Part shown: piece after piece, positions 49,394 to 60,487 of the stretch | Layout of the letters: each line of letters starts with the position of its first letter | Position numbering within the stretch: position 1 is the first letter of the stretch | From: Salisapilia sapeloensis CBS 127946 | Taxonomy: Eukaryota; Protista; Oomycota | Length of the DNA: 64,000 nucleotides | Assembly (NCBI GenBank): GCA_023334545.1 | Contig: JAADVB010000069.1 | Coordinates: forward strand, 10,599-74,598 | Direction: 5' to 3' | The notes under the pieces: model-generated | Database searches by the model: none | The model's input: only the letters and a program-made list of their open reading frames with translations | What the model was told of the DNA's origin: nothing | Made by a program: the position numbers and the translations under genes

Positions 49394-51262
49394 ATGCGAG
49401 TCACAGCCGCGAAGCGAGGGGCATCCATGCTGCTCAAGCGCTCTTTTGCCAGCTACGGTGCGCCCATCCAGCCTGGATGGTTCAAACGCTTGACCGAGAC
49501 GAACCACTATGATCTCCCTCGATTGCCCATCCCTCGTCTCGAAGACACGATCCAGCGATATCTGAACACGATTCAGCCTCTCGTCTCGGAAGAAGAGTGG
49601 CAGGAGCACGCCAACTTGGCTCAGCAGTTCATGGACCAAGAGGGACGTAAGCTGCAGGATGAACTTTTGAAGCGAGAGTTAAACCAGGTCATGGGCAAGG
49701 CCTATCCATTCAGTTACATTGAGCAAGATTGGGATCAAATGTACCTCGGTGGTCGATACGAAGCTCCAATCAATGTCAACCCTGCGTATGGACTTGCAGA
49801 CGAAACAGAGGCTCACTTGAAAGACTCTGTCCCTCGCACAGCAGCCTTTGTTCGATCTCTTGTCAAGTGGTGGGACAAAGTGAAGAGCGGCGACTTGGAG
49901 CAAGATCCGAAGCAGTGCATGTCTGCTTTCGCCAAGCAGCTAGGTAGTGCAAAGATTCCGCGCCAAGGCATGGATCAGCTCATGTGCTCTCCTCGATCGA
50001 GCCACATCGCTGTCCTGCACAACGGCCAGTACTTCCAACTCCACGTCCTCAGTCCCGATGGCAAGCAGCTCATTTCACAAAAGGATTTAGAGGAACAGCT
50101 TGAGGCTATCTGGAACTCGAATGAAGCGGATGGTAGGGATCAGGACGTTGATATCTCTGCCTTGACCGCAACCGAACGAGACGAGTGGGCACAGCTCCGA
50201 GAGAGATTGATTCAGGACGACGTCAACAAGGCGTCACTTGAAACCATCGACTCGGCGCTCTTTGTCCTTGTCCTAGACGAACAAGACGCCAACTCGGTTA
50301 AAGAAAGAATGGACTTGGCGCTGCATGGCAACGGTCGACACCGGTGGTTTGACAAGCTTCAGATCGGAGCACAGAAAGATGGCCACTTGACAATCAACTT
50401 TGAGCACTCTCACTCCGACGGAACGGTCTGGAACAGGTGGCTCCACGAAGTATGGCACGATATGCGTCAATCGGACTCTGGTTATTCCCCACTAAAGAAC
50501 CTTCCGGACATGTCCAAGGCCCCAGCACCAGAAATCTTGCGTTGGAACCTATCCAACGACCTCGTAGACAGCGTCAAGAAAGCTGAAAGTGACTTTATGA
50601 ACTTCCGACAGACGCTCAACTCGGACTTTTTGCAGTACACGAATGTCACAAAGAAGCACTGCAAAGAATGGAAGCTCTCTCCCGATGGTGTCGCGCAAAT
50701 GGCCTTCCAGCTTGCTTTCTACCGATTGCATGGACATGTACCTCCGACATACGAATCGTGCTCGACGAGAGGCTACCTGCATGGTCGCACGGAGACCATT
50801 CGGTCTGCCACGCCGGACGCTGCGGCATTTGTTAAAGCAGTGGAAGGTGGTGCAGCATTAGAAACGCAGCAAGACCTGATGAACGTTGCTATTGACAACC
50901 ACGTTCAAATGGCAAAGGCTGCCCAGAAGGGAAACGGAGTCGACCGCCACTTGATGGCGTTGGCGAACATTGCCAAGGAAAGTGGCGTGCCAAGTGAGTT
51001 CCTGGCGAGTCCCGTACGGGCCAAGAGCTCTGCGTTCCAGATCTCTTCGAGCAACGTCACGACACCGTTGCTGAACTACTTCCTCTTCGGTGCCGTCGTG
51101 CCGGATGGGTACGGTCTTGGCTACTTGATGCTGAACGACAGTGTGAACCTGTCGTTGACGAATTTCAACACGAGTGACGTAACGGACTTGCCCAAGTTCA
51201 AGACAGGCGTCGCAGAGGCATTCGATACGATTAAGGCGTTAGCAGACTCGTCCAAGATGTAA
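49394..51262 (+). CDS. Carnitine O-acyltransferase (CPT2/CrAT-like), mitochondrial presequence, intronless
   Basis: LPRLPIPRLEDTIQRYL, NPAY, RWFDK, catalytic FEHSHSDG, SPDGVAQMAFQLA, YESCSTR..HGRTETIRS and GVDRHL. Confidence 0.93.
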   Translation: MRVTAAKRGASMLLKRSFASYGAPIQPGWFKRLTETNHYDLPRLPIPRLEDTIQRYLNTIQPLVSEEEWQEHANLAQQFMDQEGRKLQDELLKRELNQVMGKAYPFSYIEQDWDQMYLGGRYEAPINVNPAYGLADETEAHLKDSVPRTAAFVRSLVKWWDKVKSGDLEQDPKQCMSAFAKQLGSAKIPRQGMDQLMCSPRSSHIAVLHNGQYFQLHVLSPDGKQLISQKDLEEQLEAIWNSNEADGRDQDVDISALTATERDEWAQLRERLIQDDVNKASLETIDSALFVLVLDEQDANSVKERMDLALHGNGRHRWFDKLQIGAQKDGHLTINFEHSHSDGTVWNRWLHEVWHDMRQSDSGYSPLKNLPDMSKAPAPEILRWNLSNDLVDSVKKAESDFMNFRQTLNSDFLQYTNVTKKHCKEWKLSPDGVAQMAFQLAFYRLHGHVPPTYESCSTRGYLHGRTETIRSATPDAAAFVKAVEGGAALETQQDLMNVAIDNHVQMAKAAQKGNGVDRHLMALANIAKESGVPSEFLASPVRAKSSAFQISSSNVTTPLLNYFLFGAVVPDGYGLGYLMLNDSVNLSLTNFNTSDVTDLPKFKTGVAEAFDTIKALADSSKM

Positions 51263-51361
51263 GTCAAAGAGATCGTAGTGTCTTTCAACACGTTTAACAA
51301 AATAGTCGTTTCTACCCCGTCTTACAACGTCTGTCTTTTATTACCACTTACGCTTCGATCA

Positions 51362-54300
51362 TTACTCGTCTTGTGCTTGGAAGGCACGATCAAAGTACTC
51401 TAATAACTCTTTTCCATCAAAATCGACACCTGCCGTCCTTCCAAAGCTCTCGACAAACGCTTTCACGTCCTTCATGACTCTACATTTCCATCAGTATCAT
51501 CCACATACACGAGAATAATAAGCTGTGCATACCTTTCTCGACCTTCTGGTGTCTTTGGCTGGACATTTCGGAAGCAAGGAGGTAGTTTCTGCGTGAACAT
51601 TTCAAAGACTCTCGACATGACGTCCTTCATCTCTGTAGGTGGCAAGATTGGATTCAGTACTGAATGGAGCTTGAGCGTGCTATGCGTAATCCCTTTCATC
51701 GCAGCCGTCGGGATTTCCAACGAAGCGTCATCGTAGTCCACTTCCGACACGTTCTCCAAATACCTTCGCATAATCTGGTCTTCCACGATACTCGTGAACT
51801 TGCTAAAGATCTTTTCGTTATGTCCAGCAACTTCTCGCATCACTCGATCCAGTTCCTCCAAAAGGCCTTTCTGACGATCACCAAGATGACTAGATAAAGC
51901 TGCTTTCACATGCGGGACAAGCTCTGCTGTGAGCTCTAGCGACTGAGATGCTAGTCCTAAGTGTCTTGCTGATATACTCTTTAGTCTTGCCACCTGCATC
52001 GCTCCGGCACCAAGGACCAAGTGCGCTGTCTGGTTATTAAAGAGCCGTAGGATCTCGACACTACGCTGCAAGACGTCCGTCGCTAGGACGGAAAAGTTAC
52101 TGACGCAAGATAAATAATTCATGACAATCTCGAGCGTCAAGAGCGCCGACCAGACGACACGGAACGACTTCCCGCCAATATCTACCGTTCGATGCGGCGG
52201 AGTCGTTTCATTTGGAGCGTCTCGATCTTCACTTCGTGTCATTGCAACTCCTCGACCGAGAGACAAGTCTACAAGAGCTTCATGTCGAGCATCAGAGACC
52301 TCACAACTCTTCCATAACTCGTGGTTTAAGGTAGACGTTAGACGATCGGTCTGTGCGACGTGGTACTTTTCAAAGAAGAGCTTTAGTTGGGAGAAGAGAG
52401 CGCCTCGGAGAGTGTAGTCTGTCTTGTGCGTCAGCTCTTCTGTGCTGACTACGAACGACATGGTCGCGTCATGGAGTTTACGTAACTTTGGTAGAGAATA
52501 CGATGCCTGCACTTCCTTTCGGACACCAAAGAGATTGGCAACACTACGTTGTGCAAACTCACACGTCTTTCGGACTACTTCCTCCATCCCTTTTACTACT
52601 TTTTCACCCTGTGTCTTTCCTTTTGATTCATCCACAGTCTCGAATGTGTTCATCTTGCCCTGCATGTTCGACTGGACGATCGACTGGACTAACAATGCTC
52701 TACGTAACAGCAAAAGCAAGTGCTCGAAGATCATTTGCACGCACTGCAAGAATTCATCTGCTTTCAGTGCCTTGAGTTGGACAGATACTTTCGAGTCATT
52801 AGGAGGAGAGACAGCGCTGTCACTTGTGAAGGACGGTGTGCCATCCACATGTGCAGACATGGCGATAGTTTCATTCACCACCGTCTTCACCACGACTTTA
52901 ATCTCCTCCATGAGCTTTTCTCTGTACTTTATCACGACGCCATCTAGTGCTTCCAGTCGGAAGAGCACGTCTGTGAGATTATTCAGCTCTTGTACTTGCT
53001 CATTGTTCTCTACACTAGGAGTTATAGTACGATCTTCCGTCGTGCCGTTTATATCCTCCAACATCCATTCCGAGGATGTAGCAGAGGATAAGAAACGCTG
53101 TGATATTTGCGTCGAAATGAAGACGCGGTAGTTGTGCAGCTTGTCACCTACTGGCTGCAACGCATGGATGGTACTCAGTTCCTCCTTTAGTGTCGACTGA
53201 GCGTCTTCGATCAGATCTAAGGCGCCGATGTAGTCGGCACACTGGACAAGCGCTTCGACGGAAGATTCTGCATTAATGACACTGTCCATCATTGCTGCAA
53301 TGTCGCTGAGCTCTTCTAACCGCTGCTGCTTCCGGTGGAGGCTGACAATATCAAGAGACTTGTTTGCTAGACCATTACGCAAGCGATCCATCGTGGCGCT
53401 AAGCATGCTTTAGGAATGATAATTGATCTCAATAGAGAAAGAAAAGTACCGGAGTGTGGCTACTTGGTTGCAAGCGCCTCCAATGGATGTTTTCATGACT
53501 TCCTGGTCTGCAGAGGCTTCGAAAAATCTGTCGGATCGGGAGGAAACTTGTCGGAGTAGTGTGATTTCAACTTTATCCAGATAAGTTGATAGCTATAGCA
53601 TATCGCCATGAGAATCGAAGCAGATAATAAAAGAAGCTGATTGGAAAAAGATACCTCGTCTTGGAGAGAAGACGACTTGGACTGCATGGCCAGCACTTGC
53701 TCGAAGGTTTCTGGATCTGTAAGATCGAAATCCGGGTCAAAAAATAAAGATGGCACTTCGTCAACACACTTTTTCATATCCTCTACGATCAAGCATATAT
53801 CCTTAGCGTACTTTCACTAGAAATTAAATGATAAACAAATATTTTATACCATCTGCAGCTTCAATAGACGGCACTCGACTAGATGAAAGCTGCTCATGAA
53901 TAGGCCTGACGTGGTTCCGCTCATACTTTGCAGCCAAGTCGCCATGCTTTCGTAAATAGGGCTGGAAATCCACCTCGGCGTCATCCTGCGTCTCTGGAAT
54001 AGCAGGAAAGTCACTGTCTGCTGGAGCGTAGAGCGCATCCATGATAGCGCTACTCCATGTTGCTGCCTGTGGCTGACTTAATACTGCGTGCAAGTTGTGA
54101 CTAAAGGCTGATAAATAGGCATCCTCCTCTGCTGTCGGTTCTACTTGATCTTCCGATCGTGTCGATCTACCTGGTCGAGCAGCTTGGGAGAACCTGTAGT
54201 AGCTGTCTGTACGATCCAAGCTATTGTAACGTCGACCTGTGGGAGTCGGAGGGAAAAATGCGGTTGAAGCATCCTTTGATACGGCTGACGACGTGGAACG

Positions 54301-54450
54301 ATGGGAAAAGAGACTTGGGTAGTCTCGTGGACTCGGTAGAGCTCGAGAAAGAAACGACCTGGGAGTATTGGCAATAGAGGAGGATGAAGAAGTGCGCGAA
54401 CGTGCCGAGAGAGTACGGTCGTATTGGCCAGTCCAGCCTGAGCTACTCAT
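51362..54450 (-). CDS. VPS54: GARP complex subunit VPS54 (multi-exon)
   Basis: VPSLFFDPDFDLTDPETF, LQDE-LSTYLDKVEITLLRQVSSRSDRFF, DYIGALDLI, LNHELWK and SISARHLGLASQSL; last exon ends QAQDE*. Confidence 0.88.
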
Positions 54451-54990
54451 CCTTTGCTATGGCACTTCGTGTCCAAATTTGGTGTTTTTCCACAGAATGA
54501 GTGTACAATTCCAAAGACTTTTGTGTATATCCGTTTTACATGCTGCCTGCTCTTCCGACGCGCGATGATACGTGCGAGTAGCGATCGTGATTGCACATGT
54601 CGTCCGTCTGTGTGTGGTAGTCCGGCTACGACAATATCCGCTTTTGCTGGTAATGGCGCTTAACGATTTTAGCAAAAAGATGGTACAAGCACGTAGTTCT
54701 ACACCAGGTAAGTCGTACTGGATAATCCGTATACTCGACATTCGAATTTCTGGTACGCTCATCCACTTCCGCCCAAGATCAACTGGTGTCGCCGTCGAGA
54801 TCTACTGGTGTCGTCGCTGACAAGATCAGAGGAAGAGAATCAGAAATGTACCCGTCTGCTAGTTTATTTCCCAGAAAACAAGCGAAATACCCACTTATAT
54901 ATTCTATCCGGAGCGCATGTACTAATACGAGACGATGACGCACTCGCCATTTTTTCCATTTTTGATCGATCTCCTTGCGTGTATCCAACG

Positions 54991-57630
54991 ATGCCTCACG
55001 CCAGTTCGCGTTTGTCGTCTGCGAAAGACAAAGTTAAAAGTAAAATTGACCACCATCGGCAAGAGCACTCGGACGGCATGTTTAGCTACTTTTCAAGCAT
55101 CTTTTCCGGACGAGAGGCTCGCCAGCCAGATTCGGCCGAAGCTGTCGATGCGTACTTTAGCAAGACGCCACCACAGGACGAATGGGATCTGTCAAATGTC
55201 CAGAAGGAACTTCAGTCGTTTCTGCAGCATCAACACGTCGTGAATGACCGGCATGTCGCGCTCGTCACGAGTGGAGCGACACTTGTACCGTTAGATGCTG
55301 CCTGTGCGAGCTTTGTCGATCTATCGACGCACTTACATGGTTACCAAGGTCCAGCCTGCGCCGAGTATCTCCTGTCACTCGGATATGCTGTCATCTTCCT
55401 CCATCGCCAAGACTCTCTCCAACCATTTTCTCGTCACTTTCAAAAGTACATCCAGCACGGTGCCTTCTTAAACATGTTTCGAGAGAATGAGCAAGGCGAG
55501 ATGGTTCTCGATGGCTTGGACTTGACGCAGAGAATGAATTTGCAAAGAGTCTTGCATCAATACCACAACACCAGTGACAGGTTATTGAATCTATCATTCA
55601 CATCCGTACAGCACTACCTACATCTACTAAAGCTCTCGTCCCAAGCGGTGGATATCGCAGGACCTCGATGCATGTTGGTACTAGCAGCCACTGTCATGCA
55701 CTACGGCGCACCTGGGACAGAAAAGAACGCTTTGCCACCGTCGTCTGGAAGACGCAAGTCTGGACTGGACTTCTCCGTCCAGTTCCAACCGGTACCGAAT
55801 CTCATCGGACAGATTCGACACAAGTGGTGTCCACGAGCTTTTCTCGTGACGCTCAAGAACCCACTCAAGAGTGCGCACTACGTCAATACAGGTGAGCGGC
55901 TCGAAGCAGCTTACGACGATCTAGAGCGGTGGGGTGTCCACGTCGTCGCTGGGTCGTACCAGCGAGACACACCAGATGAACTACTTCTGGTCAGTGAACA
56001 TGAAGAGACGATCGTTAGTTGTCCGGAAGGAGAAGACATCAACGACGCCTTTGCAGCATCCGTCGCTAAGCTCCATCGAGAGTTCCGACGTACGACCAAA
56101 GTGCTAGCGAAGAGCAAAGGCCTCCTCCTTCTTTCTGCCAAGTTTTCTATGCTAAGAGAAGATGATGTCGTGGAGGATGCAGATGGGAACAAGGGTGCAA
56201 AGTTCGGTCCTGGCGTCAAGATCCGAGCGGATCGTCGAGCAGGCGAGAGTGCACCAGTCTACGAGCTCAAGCATATATTTAAGAACCGATCTCACTGCGC
56301 TCGTGTCCACGTGTGGGAAGCGAATGTAGAGAAAGAGGACGGGTCGATCGTGAAAGATGTTGTCGTCGCATGTAGTCCTGCTGGTACACCGAATACTATT
56401 CGGGATATGTGGGGTGACTTTTGGTCTGGCTGGGCGGAAGACGAGATCGATGAGTTTAAGCAGCAGCTAAGCAGCGTCTCGTTTTCGAATGCACTAGATG
56501 TCGTTGCTCTGTCGATTGCAGGAGACTATACGTCTGCTTCGAATCTACTAGTGTACATGTTCAGTAAGATGCGACTGGCGTGGAGCAAAGGAGAGCAGAC
56601 GCGTATTCGACAGAGTCTGCAGAACATGATATCCGTCTCCTTTGATCGCGGGTTGATCGAACCCTCTGGTATCTCATCGCTAGAAGAACTGACGACACGA
56701 CCTCGCATTCAACGCTTTGAGTCATTGCAACTCGAACCGGAGGATGCTGTCGTTCATCCCAAGTCACGTCCTCGACGCGATAGTGACGAAATGAGTGACT
56801 CAGAGCCAGTGCGCATGAACCGAGCGAAGAAAGTGCGTGTCCATCGAGCTGTGAATACGTACTTGGAGGACATGATAAAGGACGGTTTAATCGATGCTAT
56901 CATGCCGTACGTGGAAGAGGAAGCTTCCATCCACGTGACGGGATACAGTATGGGAGGTATGCTCGGGCAGCTGATCATGATGCACCTCGGAGACCGTGCT
57001 CGTATGCAAGGGCTGGATACATCTCGGCTGAACCTGATTGGCTTCGGTACGCCTCGTGTCGGCGACATGGGCTTTGCCTCTAGGCTCCGACTCATGTTCG
57101 ATCCAGAGCAGTTGCTCATTGTCATGCATCCGTCGGATGTTGTCCATGCCTTCCCACCGACGTCGGAAGGGTATGTGGATGCGTGTCACAAGATCTTTTT
57201 GCATGAAGACGGACTCGGACTAGGTCGACGCACAGCCTCGACGTTCTCTCTCTTGCCAGTAGCCAAGAGCATCGATAAAATGTTCCAAGAATCGTCTCGC
57301 AAATCCCAGGCAGAGAACACCGACTGTAATCTTTGTGGTAGCAAGACTCATCCGACAGCCCAGCATCGATGCCGCTACTGCACGGAAAGAGGTACGCATC
57401 GTGGCAGTGACTGTCCGAATCGAGATCAACCCTGTATGCTATGTGGACACTCGAACCACTGCACGGGCGAACACAAGTGCAAGGTGTGTCAGCAGCACGG
57501 ACATCGTGGACGAGAGTGCCATGCACAGCGTGATGTGGGTGTGTCGGAGCTCCTGACGTTCTTCCGATATCACCACTTTTTATATTACAATTCGAATTTG
57601 AAGACGGCGGTCGAGTTCACGGCGGAGTAA
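54991..57630 (+). CDS. Fusion protein: PPCS (CoaB/DFP)-like domain + class-3 lipase + tandem zinc knuckles; 879 aa, intronless
   Basis: PPCS-like VALVTSGATLVPLD, AEYLLSLGYAVIFLHR and VPNLIGQIRHKWCPRAFLV. Lipase-like VTGYSMGG, FGTPRVGD and HPSDVVHAFPP. Four CxxC-x4/5-H-x4-H/C units. Confidence 0.8.
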   Translation: MPHASSRLSSAKDKVKSKIDHHRQEHSDGMFSYFSSIFSGREARQPDSAEAVDAYFSKTPPQDEWDLSNVQKELQSFLQHQHVVNDRHVALVTSGATLVPLDAACASFVDLSTHLHGYQGPACAEYLLSLGYAVIFLHRQDSLQPFSRHFQKYIQHGAFLNMFRENEQGEMVLDGLDLTQRMNLQRVLHQYHNTSDRLLNLSFTSVQHYLHLLKLSSQAVDIAGPRCMLVLAATVMHYGAPGTEKNALPPSSGRRKSGLDFSVQFQPVPNLIGQIRHKWCPRAFLVTLKNPLKSAHYVNTGERLEAAYDDLERWGVHVVAGSYQRDTPDELLLVSEHEETIVSCPEGEDINDAFAASVAKLHREFRRTTKVLAKSKGLLLLSAKFSMLREDDVVEDADGNKGAKFGPGVKIRADRRAGESAPVYELKHIFKNRSHCARVHVWEANVEKEDGSIVKDVVVACSPAGTPNTIRDMWGDFWSGWAEDEIDEFKQQLSSVSFSNALDVVALSIAGDYTSASNLLVYMFSKMRLAWSKGEQTRIRQSLQNMISVSFDRGLIEPSGISSLEELTTRPRIQRFESLQLEPEDAVVHPKSRPRRDSDEMSDSEPVRMNRAKKVRVHRAVNTYLEDMIKDGLIDAIMPYVEEEASIHVTGYSMGGMLGQLIMMHLGDRARMQGLDTSRLNLIGFGTPRVGDMGFASRLRLMFDPEQLLIVMHPSDVVHAFPPTSEGYVDACHKIFLHEDGLGLGRRTASTFSLLPVAKSIDKMFQESSRKSQAENTDCNLCGSKTHPTAQHRCRYCTERGTHRGSDCPNRDQPCMLCGHSNHCTGEHKCKVCQQHGHRGRECHAQRDVGVSELLTFFRYHHFLYYNSNLKTAVEFTAE

Positions 57631-57682
57631 CGTTGCTAGATAAGTACAAATGGCAAATGCGTATGTCTTTTCACATGAAGCT

Positions 57683-58927
57683 CTAGTTGATTTGGAGGCT
57701 TTGGAGAGAGGTGGAATGGTCCGGAGGAAAGAGCGACCAGAGGGCTAGTTTATGGTCTTTGGACGCTGAGGCAAGGAGAGAACTGTCCTTGCTAAAGTCG
57801 AGAGCATAGACACTTTCCTGGTGATGTCGGAGGATTGCTAGTGGCTTCAGAGTACGAAGGTGGAAGATACGGACCCTATGCATGGGTGAGGTGGATAAAC
57901 GGCTCTGGAAAGGATGAAGCTACGTACCGATGGTCCCATCCAGCACTAGCAAAGATGCGCTGGTCTGGACGTATACGAACGTCACTCGTTCCTTCGTGGT
58001 TGAGATTGCCAAACGATTTGGACGTTAGTGTAAGAGATGATTCGTCAAAAGCTATGCGATGAAGGGAGGTGTCCGCAGAGCCGCAGAAGATAGATTTGCC
58101 ATCCTGAGCAGCATCCAATGCAAGCACTAGCATATAGAGTTAGTGGAATTTACAATAAGATAAGAAAAACGCATACAAGGTTTGTTATCGCTGGTGGCAT
58201 TTACTTCTGTGAGAAGCTTTCCATTGTTACGAATGTCTAGGACAGATAGACACCCGCTTTCGAATCCAGTAGCCAAGTACGTCGCATTGGTTGTCTGGAA
58301 GAGACGTAGCGCCATACACATGCCTATAGATTTTCAATTACTATATAGTATCTCGTGAGTATGATTAGGAAGGTCTTCACCTCTGCCAATCTGATTATCA
58401 GGGAGATGAATGACCGACTGAGGGACGCTGGATGCAGCTCTCCGGTCGTAGACAAAAAGCTACAGCAGATGCACGTTAGATAATAATAAATTTTAGTGCA
58501 GACAGAATCGAGCAAGACTAACTTGGCTATTTTCACTGCTAGGACAGACGATAATGTTTCTAGCATTGGAATTCGCATCTTGCATCGTTGCTGCTTTGGC
58601 AAAGCCAAAGCTACCACTATAGTATTCCTGCAGTGGCTTTGCAGACTGTCCAAAGCTTTCCACATCCCACACTTTTATAAATCCGTCTCTTCCATGCGTG
58701 AGAAGCTCTTTTTGCTCTGCATGCATGCGAGCGACTTGCAGTACTCCAGCAGCCGAATGAGCTTGATCCTGTATCACGCTCGGACGACGCGTCTTTAAGC
58801 TCCATATCTTCACTGATCCATCTGCAGCACCAGAGCAAAGTGTAGTATCATTTAAGAAAGCTACAGCATTCACGGGTGCATTGTGACCACGCAAGACAGC
58901 GATCGGACCCGGCGTCTTGGTACTCAT
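57683..58927 (-). CDS. GNB1L: WD40 protein GNB1L/ASA1-like (multi-exon)
   Basis: PIAVLRGHNAPVNAVAF, THGRDGFIKVW, LATGFESG, FASAGWDHRVRIF and LAILRHHQESVYALDF...ASASKDHKLALWSLFP. Confidence 0.8.
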
Positions 58928-59149
58928 TTCGACATTTGCGACGTTCGTGTCTTGTCCGTAACTGACATCATTTCCGTTAAGCATAGAAATAACAACTTCG
59001 ACGTCCATGTTGAAGATGGACATTATGAACGTTGAGACTGGTTTTTCCTGGAGAAGAGGCTAGAGTACGTTTTATTTATCATCCATTTGGAAAAAGCACA
59101 AGCACCTGCGAGGAAAAGCTGAGACAGAAATCGATTTTGCAAAGTGAGC

Positions 59150-60362
59150 ATGCTGGCTTTCTTTCAGTCACTATTATATGGTGAGAACGGACTTCGAGAT
59201 GTTCACATGTACCTCGTACAGGAAGGAGATACCGTAGCTGGGATTGCTGCTCGGTACGCATCTTTGTAGTAGGCTGTAGACGAAAAAAATATGGTGGATG
59301 TTTAAAATCGTCGATAGTCATGGTATGACGGAAGAGGAGCTCAAGGCTTTGAACGAGTTGGCGACAGATGAGGTGCTTCCAGACCAGGAATTAAAGGTCT
59401 ATCGACGTGTACGCAGCCAAAGTTTACCAATCCTCCGTCATGAGGAGAATGAGCGGAGCATCGGTGGCTACGAAGCTGAGGTCATGCCCATTCGGGAAGA
59501 GTATGAGCCAACCGAAACAGAGCCAGACATGTAACGATCTACTGTTTGATATCCCTCGTACTCGTCCATGACATACATGTAGGTTCGACGTCAATCTGAA
59601 AGCCAAAGTACCAACGCAAATGACGCAGCAGTCCTCTCATTGCAAGCAGCGCTCGCGCTCGGAGCGTGTGCTACCTCAATACGAACGAGAGGACGAAGCC
59701 AACAAGACGGAACCTCCCTTTCCAAATCTCCTTGGCACAGTTGATAACCAGGAGATCTTGGCCGATACCAACTTGTCACAGACACTTGTGCCTAAGCTCG
59801 AGTTCATGCTGCCATATCGGTACCATGGGTATGACTGGGAAGTGCTCTATAGTCTCCGTCAGCATGGCTGTAGTCTACAATCACTCATGCGTAAAGTCCG
59901 TGGACGGTCCCCGACACTCGTGATCATCGAAACGACACAAAAGGATGTCTTTGGTGGCTTTGTCGTTGGTCCGTGGCATTCCTCTGGTGCATACTATGGC
60001 AATGGCGAGTGCTTTGTCTTCACTTGTAAACCTCGCTTCGAGTGCTTCACTTGGAAACAGACAAACACCATGTGCATGCTCAGCAATAAGAAGTGCATTG
60101 CCATGGGTGGTGGGTAAGATAATCCTCTATTACAGCTCGAAGTGCATACCTGATAAGAGTATCTAGTGGTGGCTTTGCATGGATTCTTAATAGCGACCTA
60201 TCTCGTGGCTCTACCTCCAAATCAACAACATTTGGCAACCGGTACCTTATTCGTGTATACTAGAATGATGTCATCATCTCATCTCGTTATAGTCCATTGG
60301 CACAAGCGGAAGACTTTGATGTGCTTAGTGTGGAAGTCTGGGGCTTTGTCATGAAAGACTGA
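59150..60362 (+). CDS. LysM + TLDc protein (OXR1/NCOA7-like), multi-exon
   Basis: LysM YLVQEGDTVAGIAAR-HGMTEEELKALN; TLDc LYSLRQHGCSL, VFGGF, YYGNGECFVF and MGGG; ends VEVWGFVMKD*. Confidence 0.85.
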
Positions 60363-60487
60363 CCTGCATCAACGGACTGACCATTACATCATTAATTGGA
60401 TACGTACGAAAACAAGAACTAGCGATCATTTGAACGACAAAGTGTCATGCTTCTGTCCTGATTTGTTAAACAAGGTCTTGTTGCATC

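Noticed and set aside
54808-54990. 61-aa N-terminal extension of the PPCS-lipase ORF
   Set aside because: It starts at a non-ATG codon in the divergent promoter region; the first plausible ATG is 54991.
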